From Octopus sinensis (Eukaryota), in contig NC_043020.1 of the NCBI RefSeq assembly GCF_006345805.1, positions 1,302,001 to 1,366,000 of the forward strand: DNA of 64,000 nucleotides. The letters are read 5' to 3'. Position numbers and translations under genes: made by a program. Positions within the stretch are counted from its first letter, which is position 1; each line of letters begins with the position of its first letter. The notes below the pieces were generated by a model. It saw only the letters and a list, made by a program, of their open reading frames with translations, ran no database searches and had not been told where the DNA came from. Positions 53,573 to 64,000 of this stretch are shown here, piece after piece.

Positions 53573-54019
53573 AAAGCTTAAAAAAAAAATTTATGTATCA
53601 AAAGAATGAAAGAAGCTGCCCCTTAAAAATAATTCAACCCTTTAAAATTTAGATTTCTTTGTCAAATGTAATGCTTATCTATTCAAGTTGTTTTGAATTT
53701 ATCATGCATTATCTCACAGCTTCAAGATGTCACTGACATTGCAGGGTAGGTGGGAGATGTTGGATCTCATCAGTTTTAACATAAAACACAGAATATTTGG
53801 GTTGGTTATGGCTAGTTTAAACTGGCATTCAGATTATTCGGTCAAATGATCCGCTTATTTATTCACCTTGTTTTGAATTAATCATAAATTGTTTTTGTAC
53901 CTTCGAGATTTTGATGTTTATTTCTAAAACGACATTGTAGGATAGGTGTGAGAGGCCAAATCTAGCCAGTTTGAACATAAAACAGGCAGAATATTTTGGC
54001 TATACATGGCAGGGTTTAA

Positions 54020-54239
54020 CCCTTTCGTTACCAACCCGGCTGAAACCAGCTCTTGCTTTGAGTACAAATGTCTTGTTTTCATAAGTTTTGAATTAAAATC
54101 TTCCACCAAACCTTTGTCACAATTTATGTTCCTAACACTAGCTGAATGGTAACTAAGTTATTTTACTAAATTTTTTGTTATATTTAAAGTAATTGAAAGA
54201 AACACAGAGCATCTCAACAGAAATACGGTAATGAAAGGG
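54020..54239. mobile_element. piggyBac-like MITE (TTAA-CCCT...AGGG-TTAA)
   Basis: TIRs ccctttcgttacc and ggtaatgaaaggg, with TTAA on both sides. Confidence 0.85.
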
Positions 54240-54367
54240 TTAATCTTTTTCACTCTGTGGAATTTCCACAGGTCCCATTAATATTGATGTTGAAGATATG
54301 AAAGGTGAAGATGACCTCAACAGCAATAAAATCCTTCTTTCTTTCTTTCTTAAATAGCTTCTCTTAA

Positions 54368-54713
54368 CCCTTTTGATACCAATCCGGCTGAAACCGGCTC
54401 TTGCTTTGAGTACAAATGTCTTGTTTTCATCAGTTTTGAATAAAAATCTTCCAGCTGGAAGCTGCTGACAGGGATCCAACATCGGCAGCTAAATGCAAAA
54501 TGCATGCAAAGGGTACTAATTCCTTCAGACACAGCTAGAAAAAACTGCCGTTCAAACTGAAAAGATCCCCGAACTTGTTTTACACCTCAGTCCCAATTTA
54601 TGTTCCCAACTCTAGCTGAATTATAACGAAGTTATTTTACTAAATTCTTTGTTATATTTAAAGTAATTGAAAGAAACACAGAACATCTCAAAATAAATAC
54701 GGTAACGAAAGGG
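54368..54713. mobile_element. Second piggyBac-like MITE copy with ~120-nt internal insertion
   Basis: Same TIRs and TTAA flanks as the first copy, plus an extra segment. Confidence 0.85.
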
Positions 54714-54766
54714 TTAAAAGCAAAAAGGTTGAAAAAAGGAGGTTGAGAGAGAGAAAGTGAACTTAC

Positions 54767-54997
54767 TTGGTCTCTTGAACATGTCCAACATGCGCTGGGT
54801 AACCAAGAAACCACCACCAATGTTGATGCAAGAAATGAACGCTGCAGTGCTGGCGAGGGCCTGAGAGGTAGTGGAGGGCATGTAACCCCCACCCATCAGC
54901 AACATACCACCGACAGCTGTGATTCCAGAGATGGCATTGGTGACAGACATCAGAGGAGAATGAAGAGCAGGAGTGACTCCCCACACAGTGTGATAAC
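54767..54997 (-). CDS. NNT: NNT exon ([25 protein letters not shown]...[11 protein letters not shown])
   Basis: ttccag acceptor, A/gtaagt donor. Hallmark NNT sequence. Confidence 0.98.
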
Positions 54998-55172
54998 CTG
55001 GAATGCAGAAGGGGGACAAAAAACACACGTCAAAATAGAGAAAGGAGAGTATTGTAGTTGACTTGAAGCATTGTCTATTGTTTGTAAAAATAAAATGTTT
55101 TGAATGACACAACAATGCATTATAATACAAGCAACGAACTATAAGAACTGATGTAATTTAATTGTCCATAGT

Positions 55173-55654
55173 CTGATATAATATTTCGGAATAAAAATTC
55201 CTTCTTCGGATATTCCTAGGAATTGATGGAGTCGCTGCTATAATCGGTTTTCCAACAGCTTTTCTTAAAAAACCAATTATAGTAGTGACTCCATCAATTC
55301 CTAAGAATATCTTGTTCCTTTTCGAGCCACGCCTGGCTCATAAGGGCCGGTTTCTCGGTTTCCTTGGCGTATAGGTTCCCCACCTGGATGGGATGCCGGT
55401 CCGTTGCAGGTGAGCTGCAAGATGCAGGAGGAAAGAATGAGAGAAAGTTGTGGCGAAAGAGTCAGCAGAAGTTTGCCATTACCTTCTGCCGGAGCCGTGT
55501 GGAGCTTAGGTGTTTCGCTCATAAACACACACATCGCCCGAACTGAGATTCAAAACCGCGATCCCTCAACTACGAGCCTGCTGCTCTAACCACTAGGCCA
55601 TGTGCCTCCACTAAGAATATCTGAAGAAGGAATTTTTATTCCAAAATATATCAG
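55173..55654. mobile_element. Fold-back (palindromic) element with ~70-bp arms, right arm split by a SINE
   Basis: 55181-55251 is the reverse complement of 55268-55312 plus 55623-55649, apart from transitions. Confidence 0.8.
55313..55610 (-). mobile_element. SINE family D with 12-bp TSD CTAAGAATATCT
   Basis: TSD at 55301-55312 and 55611-55622. Confidence 0.9.
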
Positions 55655-57317
55655 TTCTTAAAGTCCATTGTTTGTGTTTCAAAACATTTTATTCATTAAA
55701 ATAGAGAATTATTTTCTACTCTAGGTACAAGGCCCAACATTTTTGGGGAGGGGGCCAGTCGATTAGATCGACCCCAGTACACAACTGGTACTTAATTTAT
55801 CGACCCCGAAAGGATGAAAGGCAAAGTCAACCTCTGCTTGATGACTAAACGAGAATGTTTAATTCCTGTTAAAAGACTTCAATACTAAGGCAGGTGATCA
55901 CAGAAGAGTCTAAGGAAGTCCTCAAATAAAGATAACAACCTATTTTTAGACATAAATCTCATATTTAAACAGAGAAAGTTAATACAAAGATGCCTTAGTC
56001 TGGGTTTGTGAAGTCATGACATATAAACACAAATGATAACCTCTAAGTAAAACACACACACGCACGCACACCATTCAATTATGCTCACACAAACACATCA
56101 ACAATAAGATCACATATACACAAGTTTAAGCTCACACATAAATCCCACAAGAGATATACAGACACACATACATACAAACTGACAGATATACAGAAATAAA
56201 CACACACGCACACAAACTCCCAAGTCAGTTCCCACAAATATGTACACAAATTCAAAGTCTTTCTCATACGCAAACTTTCAGGCACACAAAGACACACACA
56301 CAGCAACTCACAAAGACACACACACTTGCTCTCACAACCTAAGACACACACACACACACAATAAAACAACAAGAACACAGTTCTAGATAGAAACAGAGAA
56401 CAAGTACCTGTCAAGGGTCAACATGATAAGAGACATCAGTTTAGTGACCTGACAGCTTGAGTTTTGGATGTTATCATATTTGAGCTCTAAAATATTGATC
56501 ATACCATATCAACACACACTGTATTGATGATGCTAGAAATAACAGGAAAATCTTCCTCAAATCACAACCTGGCCTATTTTTTAAATGGATATACATTAGG
56601 AGGTGTTGATGCATTATAAAAGGAAACAAATCTATCGGTGGCACATAAAAAGCACCATCTGAGCGTGGCCGTTCGCCAGCCTCGTCTAGCACCTGTGTCG
56701 GTGGCACGTAAAAAGCACCCACTATACTCATGGAGTGGTTGGCGTTAGGAAGGGCATCCAGCTGTAGAAACTCTGCCAGATCAGACTGGGCCTGGTGCAG
56801 CCTTCTAGCTTCCCAGACCCCAGTTGAACCGTCCAACCCATACTAGCATGGAAAGCGGATGTTAAACAATGATGATGATATATATATATATCTCAATATA
56901 CTAAGTGATGTGTATATATGTGTGTGGTGTGTGTATGTATGTATGTATATATATATATAGATGGCGTTGCCTTACTGGCAATTGTGCTGGTGGAATGTGA
57001 AAAAACATTCGAGCGAGGTCGTTGCCAGTGCCGCAGGACTGGCTCCTGTGCAGGTGGCACATAAAAAATACCATTTGAGCGTGGTTGCTGCCAGTACCGC
57101 CTGACTGGCCCTCGTGCCGGTGGCACGTAAAAGGCACTCAGTTCACACAGACAACAGAGAGCCTGATGCGGCTCTCTGGCTTACCAGCTCCAAAGTCCTG
57201 GGGTTCGATTTGTTTAAAGGCGGTGCTCTAGCATGGCCAGTCAAAATGGCTGAAACAAGTAAAAGAGTAAAAGAATTTTAAAAAAAGGAAGAAGGAAAGG
57301 CTTTCTTCTGTACGTAC

Positions 57318-57389
57318 CAACAATACCAGACAAACCAAATGTTGTGACCATTGTAGTGAAGGCTGGGTTTGGTGAGGCAATACCAAGAC
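57318..57389 (-). CDS. NNT: NNT exon TM2 (GLGIASPNPAFTTMVTTFGLSGIV)
   Basis: ttacag acceptor, G/gtacgt donor. Not in the ORF track, read by hand. Confidence 0.94.
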
Positions 57390-58074
57390 CTGTAAAAGAA
57401 GAGGAAAGAATTTTTAGGTATTAGAAGCAAACAGCTGAGGCTATTGATTGTGAAGTTGAGGTTTCAAATCTTAGCAGAGTCACAAGAGAGAGGCAAAGCT
57501 GTGATGGAGACAAGAGAGACATAGAGCCATGGTGGAGAAGTGGAAGAGAAAGAGACATAGTTATGATGGAAAGGCGAGAGAGAGAGAAAGAAAGATAGCT
57601 ATGAGGGAGAGATGAGTGAAGAGAGGGGAAATAGCTGTGATATAGAGGCAGAAGGGGAGAGGTACATAGCTATGATGGAAAGTGAGAAGAGAGAGATAGC
57701 TATGATAGAAAGGTAGGAGAAAGACATGTCATAATTATGTAAGTTTACTCAAGTCACACTCATTATTTTGCGTTAAATCTTGGTACAAATTGTTTTCCCT
57801 TCATAGTTTTAGCTTTGCCCCATGAATAAGTCCAGTCCAGTTTTTGTCTATTTTCTTTTTTTTTTTTTTTTTGCAGTAAAAACTAATTATGAAATAGTGT
57901 GACTGTTTGTGAGTAAATACAGAAGTTAAGACAGAGAAATGAGAGTAGTAACAGCTAAAATGGAAAGATGGGTGGTGAGAGTCATAGCTATGATGGAGAC
58001 GTAGGAAAGAAAGGATACACATATGAAGAGGTGAGTAGAGAGAGAGATAAATCGAAATCAATCAAAAATCAATG

Positions 58075-58415
58075 GAAACTGTAGTTGTGATACCAGTGCC
58101 GGTGGCACGTAAAAGAACCATCCGAATGTGGTCGTTGCCAACGCCACCTCGACTGGTCTCCATGCTGGTGGCACATAAAAAGCACCAACTGATCGTGGCC
58201 GTTGCCAGCCTCGCCTGGCACCTGTGCCAGTGGCACGTAAAAATCAGCCATTACACTCATGGAGTGGTTGGCGTTAGGAAGGGCATCCAGCTGTAGAAAC
58301 ATTGCCAGATCAGACTGGAGCCTGGTGCAGCCTCCATGGCTTACCAGACCCTGGTTGAACCGTCCAACCCATGCTAGCATGGAAAGTGGATGTTAAACGA
58401 TGAAGATGATGATGA
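58075..58415 (+). mobile_element. SINE family C (internal gtgccac repeats, ...GGAAAGTGGATGTTAAAC(GAT)n tail)
   Basis: Many copies in both orientations, e.g. 2340-2545, 10420-10800, 12005-12165, 25960-26125, 31105-31345, 46250-46480, 51780-52112, 56640-56880, 59280-59700. Confidence 0.8.
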
Positions 58416-58545
58416 GAGAGAGTTATGATGGAGAGATGAGAGGGAAAACCAGCCAGAATGGAAAGTAAGGAAGAGACGAACCAAACATGTCATATGTAAT
58501 CATATCAGAAGAACTACAAGAGTGGGGAGAGATGTTTCGACATAC

Positions 58546-58708
58546 CTATGATGGAGCTGAGTCCTGCAGTGTACATGAAGGCATCCTTCAGGGTGTTGTT
58601 GAAATAGTTTGGAGGAGCGGGTTCAACAGCTGCGGGTTTCTCTGCAGCTGCAGTTGGAGCTGCAGCAACAGGAGCAGGTGGGGGTGGAGGAGGCCACATC
58701 AGTTCACC
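58546..58708 (-). CDS. NNT: NNT exon, Pro/Ala dI-dII linker and TM1 (GELMWPPPPPP...YTAGLSSII)
   Basis: ctag acceptor, G/gtatg donor. Confidence 0.93.
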
Positions 58709-59869
58709 CTAGGGGTAAAAAAAAATTTAAAAAAAAAAAAAAAAGCTGAAAATTTCTCTCATATTTTGGTAAGTACCAAAAATCAAAACAAAAGCCACAG
58801 CTGAGCTGAATTGGTTTTTCAGCCACTAATAATATAGACTTTTATCCCAATTACACCCAATCAGTTCTTTGGAAATGCTCGAGTATGGCCACAGAGCTGA
58901 TTGTCATCCACATCACAGATTGCAATCACTTGCTACTGGTACCTTTTCAAATGAGTTTTATGTTCTTCTGATTCCCACAAAATAACTGGTCATTCACAAA
59001 GCATAACAAGATATGTTATAGATTTGCAAACTTATTCAACTTGGGGTTGATTTACTCAAGTAAAACCTTCAAGGCAAGGCCCCAGCATGGCCACAGTCTA
59101 ATAATGGAAACAAGTAAAAGATAAGATATACAGTAGGCACAGGAGTGGCTGTGTGATAAGAGGCTTGCTTCTCAACCACATGGTCCTAGGTTCAGTCCCA
59201 CTGCATGGCACTTTGAGCAAGTGTCTTCTACTATGGCTTTGGGTTGACCAAATCCTTGTGAGTGAATTTGGTAGACATCATCATCATCATCTGTCCGTTT
59301 TCCATGCTGGCATGAGATGGATGTTTTGACTGAGGACTGGCAAGCCAGAAGGCTGCACCAGGCTCCAGTTTGATCTGGTAAGGTTTCTACAGCTGGATGC
59401 CCTTCCTAATGCCAACCACTCTGAGAGTTTACTGGGTGCTGTTTACGTGCCACTGTCATGGGAGCTACTCAGGCAGCACTGGCATCGACCACATTCATAG
59501 GGTACTTTTTATGCGCCACTGGCACAGGAGCCAGTCAGGGGGTACTGGGATCGGCCACGTTTGGATGGTGTTTTTCACATGCCTCCAGCATGGGAAGCTA
59601 GTCAGACAACACAGGCATCGACCCATAATTGAATAGTGCTTATTACATGTCACCAGCATGGGTGCCAGTCAGGTGGTATTGGCATTGGGCCACAACTACA
59701 ATTTTCAGACAGAAACTGAAAGAAGCCCGTCGTGTATATTGGACAGGTCCTGATGCATTCAAGGACTGCATTGAGATCCAATGCCTGCTTTGGAATGGGT
59801 TTTTTTGGCTGGATGTCCTCCCTAAAGCAAACATTTATTTGAGTGTCATTCATAAATATAAAACTTAGA

Positions 59870-60090
59870 AACATAGATAAAACTTAAATATGTTTCGACC
59901 AAAGATTGGTCCAGGTCATGTCTAACTTAATAGCACCACCTGATAGGATTATCTAAATCCTGTTTAAGTCAAGTTTTGTTTATGGTCCATTCAAGTAGTG
60001 AGTTCTTGTTGAGTGAGTTGTATCCAGGTATGGCTGGCTTATCCGGTATTCCTTAAAGAAATCTGTCCAGACTCTGTTTAAAGTTGATGA
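59870..60090 (-). mobile_element. Degenerate CR1/L2-type LINE 3' end with 3'UTR stem-loop
   Basis: FKQSLDRFL*GIPDKPAIPGYNSLNKNSLLEW matches the CR1-group FK..LD.FL..IPD.P..PGY..NSL ending. Confidence 0.7.
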
Positions 60091-60444
60091 TAATACATGC
60101 GACAGACCAATCTAAAGGGTTAACGCCGACTTGTGCATGCTTGCATAGGTTGAAAAGAGTTTATTGTGGCAAATTTACTATCGCCATATACCCTTTCTGT
60201 TATGAACCGTCCCCTCTCTCCGATCAGGGTAACACTCCCCTATGACCTGATATGTTTTGCAAAATATTGGAAATGAATGGCATTCAGTTACAACAAACAA
60301 TGTCAAAAGAGACACAAACACATACACCCACTCATACACACACACACATAGACACATGCATACACACACACACAGATATCCCATGGTGCCACACAGAGGG
60401 ACTGAATCCAAAACTATATGTGAACATAAAAGTAAGACACTTAC

Positions 60445-60512
60445 CTGATTTAAGATAATGGAACCCCTGATTACTTCATCAGCCATGTCTAGGTGATAAT
60501 GGTCCTTCTCAC
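60445..60512 (-). CDS. NNT: NNT exon (GEKDHYHLDMADEVIRGSIILNQ)
   Basis: caccag acceptor, CAG/gtaagt donor, phases 1-0. DEVIRG motif. Confidence 0.93.
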
Positions 60513-60686
60513 CTGGTGAATTACAAAGTTGGAAAAGGTTTTTAAGAGTTTTCATAAGCACCTGAAGATGATAACTGGTTAAAATATTAAACTAATAACT
60601 CACGACCAGCAAGAAACCCCTCGATTTTATGATGCAAGCCTTTTGGGCTTAATGGGATTTAAATTAAGACTTTCTACCAAAATTTC

Positions 60687-61049
60687 ATAGGCGCAGGAGT
60701 GGCTTCAGTCCCACCGCATGGCACCTTGGGCAAGTGTTTTCTAGTATAGCCTCAGGCCAACCAAAGCTTTGTGAGTGAATTTGGCAGACGGAAACTGAAA
60801 GAAGCCCGTCGTATATATGTATATATATGTATGTGTGTGTATATGTTTGTGTGTCTGTGTTTGTCCCTCTAACATCGCTTGACAACCAATGCTGGTGTGT
60901 TTACGTCCCCATAACTTAGCGGTTCGGCAAAAGTGACCGATAGAATAAGTACAAGGCTTACAAAGAATAAGTCCTGGGGTCGATTAGCTCGACTAAAGGC
61001 GGTGCTGCAGTATGGCCGCAGTCAAATGACTGAAACAAGTAAAAGAGTA
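60687..61049 (+). mobile_element. SINE family A copy (internally deleted head)
   Basis: Same body and tail as the other family A copies. Confidence 0.88.
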
Positions 61050-61228
61050 ATTTATATTCCAAACACAATAATACTCTTTACTCTCTTTAACTTTTTTATT
61101 TCTTTCAGTCATTTGACAGTGGCCATGCTGGAGCACCGCCTTTAGTCGAGCAAATCGACCCCAGGACTAATTCTTTGTAAGCCTTGTACTTATTCTATCG
61201 GTCTCTTTATCATGGTGATGTTACTTAC

Positions 61229-61433
61229 CAAAAGAGAACAAGAGTTTGGTGATGTTGTTAGAGTAGAGGGTACTGGCTTGTGTTGGCAGTCTGCTGGGTA
61301 GATCCGTGTAACCAACGTGGGTAACATCGTGGTACCTGTATAACTCTCCTGGTTTGGTTGTTTCTATGTTTCCGCCAGCTTCCGCAGCTAAATCAACGAT
61401 GACCGATCCAGGCTTCATTGATTCAACCATTGC
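61229..61433 (-). CDS. NNT: NNT exon dI ([22 protein letters not shown]...[10 protein letters not shown])
   Basis: ttttag acceptor, G/gtaagt donor. Confidence 0.97.
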
Positions 61434-61507
61434 CTAAAACAACAACAACAACTTAGAGAGAAATTAAAACAAAAAAATTTTTTTTCAAAGAAATGTAAAT
61501 AAAAGAT

Positions 61508-61912
61508 TAGGCGCAGGAGTGGCTGTGTGGTAAGTAGCTTGCTAACCAACCACATGGTTCCGGGTTCAGTCCCACTGCGTGGCATCTTGGGCCAGTGTCT
61601 TCTGCTATAGCCCCGAGCCGACCAATGCCTTGTGAGTGGATTTGGTAGACGGAAACTGAAAGAAGCCCGTCGTATATATGTATATATATATGTGTGTGCG
61701 TGTATGTTTGTGTGTCTGTCCCCCTAGCATTGCTTGACAACCGATGTGGTGTGTTTACGTCCCCATTACTTAGCGGTTCGGCAAAAGAGACCGATAGAAT
61801 AAGTACTGGGCTTACAAAAGAATAAGTCCCGGGGTCGAGTTGCTCGATTAAAGGCGGTGCTCCAGCATGGCCGCAGTCAAATGACTGAAACAAGTAAAAG
61901 AGTAAAAGAGTA
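61508..61912 (+). mobile_element. SINE family A, near-complete copy
   Basis: Runs from ggcgcaggagtggctgtgtggt to the aaagagtaaaagagt tail. Confidence 0.9.
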
Positions 61913-62105
61913 ACGGGACAAAAGCCAAGATTGCTAGCTCTCACCCTGGCAGCCTAGGTTCAATCCTTGCCTTGGTGGGCCACTATGTTTATATGCATAG
62001 GCATGGCTGTGTTTTGTTTTCAGAATTAACTGAATAATAAACAGTGTATTTCAATGGAAATTGGGGTAACAAAAGGGTTGAGTTGTCTAATTCTTGGCGA
62101 CTTAC

Positions 62106-62261
62106 CTTTGAAATGAGCTTTGGTGCAGGTTTTCCAGGAATCAAAGCTGTACTGATAAGAATATCAACTTCTTTACACTGTTTAGCAAACAAAGCCATTT
62201 CTGCTTCAATGAATTCTTTGGACATTGTCTTGGCATAACCTCCGGTACCTTCACCAGATTC
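62106..62261 (-). CDS. NNT: NNT exon dI ([11 protein letters not shown]...[17 protein letters not shown])
   Basis: tgcag acceptor, AAG/gtaag donor. Mobile loop GEGxGGYAK. Confidence 0.97.
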
Positions 62262-62705
62262 CTGCAAGAAAATATTTAAAAAAAAAAACATTAGTTTTAT
62301 TTCTAAGTTGGCTGAAAAGAAAAAAAAAATTTTAACTTAAAAAAATGCACTCAAGACTACTTTTGATGGTCTCAGATGGATTGGCATCAAAGGAGAATGG
62401 AGCTGTGCCCGTGGTGCGTTTAATTTGATGGGATTGGATGATGAAGGGGCTGTATCCCATGAACTTGTGTTCCTTAACTGAGTTTTATTTCGACATGTGC
62501 ATGGTGTTTTTATTCTTTTCCAAGTTACGAATTCAGTGTGCACATGCGCATTAATACTTCTCTTTCTTGGTTCCTACTGAAAAATGTTTACAGATCACAA
62601 CCATCTCACAAACCTATGTTCGTGAAGAGCACTTCATGTTCCAATATTTGTGTAAATAAAAGAATAAAATGGAGTGGTGGGGAGGAGGAAAACAACAGAA
62701 CTGAC

Positions 62706-62893
62706 CTTGATATTGACTTCCAGGAATTCTGCACCAAATGACTCGACTTGTTCTTTCACTGCGGCCCTGGTATCAAAAGCCCTTACTATAGCCCCCATGT
62801 TTTTGGCAGTGCCAACAGCAGACAAACCGGCCACACCGCCTCCAATGACGAGTACTTTGGCAGGTGGTACTTTTCCAGCGGCAGTGATTTGAC
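62706..62893 (-). CDS. NNT: NNT exon dI ([23 protein letters not shown]...FDTRAAV...EVNIK)
   Basis: cgcag acceptor, AAG/gtcag donor. NAD-binding Rossmann motif. Confidence 0.97.
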
Positions 62894-62985
62894 CTGCGAA
62901 GGAGAAGAGGGACAGAAGAAAAAATAAGATATCAACAAAAGTTTAATTTCAAAGTTAATTTGAAGCTGGGTTTTTTTCTTAATTA

Positions 62986-63366
62986 TAGGCACAGGAGTGG
63001 CTGTGTGGTAAGTAGCTTGCTTACCAACCACATGGTTCCAGGTTCAGTCCCACTGCGTGGCATCTTGGGCAAGTCTCTTCTACTATAGCCCCGGACCGAC
63101 CAATGCCTTGTGAGTGGATTTAGGAGACGGAAACTGAAAGAAGCCTGTCGTATATATGTATATATGTATGTGTGTGTATGTCTGTGTTTATCTCCCTAGC
63201 ATCGCTTGACAACCAATGCTGGTGTGTTTACGTCCCTGTCACTTAGCGGTTCGGCAAAAGAGACCGATAGAATAAGTACTGGGCTTACAAAGAATAAGTC
63301 CCGGGGTCGATTTGCTCAACTAAAGGCAGTGCTCCAGCATGGCCGCAGTCAAATGACTGAAACAAA
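62986..63366 (+). mobile_element. SINE family A copy
   Basis: Highly similar to 61508-61912. Confidence 0.9.
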
Positions 63367-63412
63367 TTATAGAATAAAAAAGAATACACATTTATACATG
63401 TGTGTGTGTGTG

Positions 63413-63443
<31 letters not shown>

Positions 63444-64000
63444 AAGCTTCCAATTTCTGTCAAGCAAATTCACCCACAAGGCATTAGTCAGCCCAGGGCT
63501 ACAGAAGACGATACGTGTCCAAGGTGCAACAGAGTGGAACTGGATTTGGAAACCATATAGTTGCAAAATGGGCTTCTAAACCACATGACATTCTTGCACC
63601 TAAAGAGCAAATGCCAGCAGAATGTAAGCCCTTCATAGGGCTTTCCATGCTGGACATATCAAAGGACAGATGCAAGACCAATATGGACCACATCTTGCCA
63701 GAAGCAAAAAGGGGTCAGCATAGGGTCAACTTCACTAAGAAAAAAATAAAATAAATAAAGCAAAAATACAGGGGCATTGATGATTGATTTGAAACCAACA
63801 AGACTTGAGAGAGGAAGGCTTCTCCTCAGGGAGCCGGGACCTGGTACAGCAAAATCCAAAAGGAAGTTGCAGGGATCCAACTGAAGAAAAGCAGAAAAAG
63901 ACAGCCCAGAGTTGAGAACAGAAGAGAAAAGTTATCGGTGGGGGCTTTGATCCATAGGGATCAAAGGGCTTAAGGGCTGTAAGTAAAAACAGCTTTCATG

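Noticed and set aside
63560-64000. Upstream NNT exon (GYKAVV...FFT)
   Set aside because: No frame encodes it. The missing ~215 N-terminal residues must lie beyond the window.

Overview
AT-rich, SINE-saturated animal genomic DNA. The repeat families look like those of Octopus, which is an inference from recalled repeat families and not a database result. Two intron-rich genes lie tail-to-tail. PASK (PAS-domain Ser/Thr kinase) is on the + strand: 16 coding exons at 7775-33156 join into one open frame of 1228 codons plus stop, and its N-terminal exons were not found. NNT (mitochondrial NAD(P) transhydrogenase) is on the - strand: 15 coding exons at 62893-35518 give about 860 aa, and the first ~215 aa lie beyond the right edge. 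All exon borders were read by hand as GT-AG with consistent phases. The introns hold at least four SINE families, RTE- and CR1-type LINE 3' stubs, hAT, piggyBac-like, mariner and pogo-like MITEs, Helitron-like elements and minisatellites. The most unusual feature is a ~5.1-kb array of about 62 units of 83/80 bp inside an NNT intron. It is built from a SINE 3' tail, shows an allele gradient between two parent sequences, and contains a 163-bp higher-order dimer. Also notable are a 3' stem-loop that covaries between SINE and LINE tails, nested insertions with intact target-site duplications (TSDs), and an inverted SINE stem 20 nt from an NNT splice donor. No CRISPR array, rRNA or true tRNA gene is supported.
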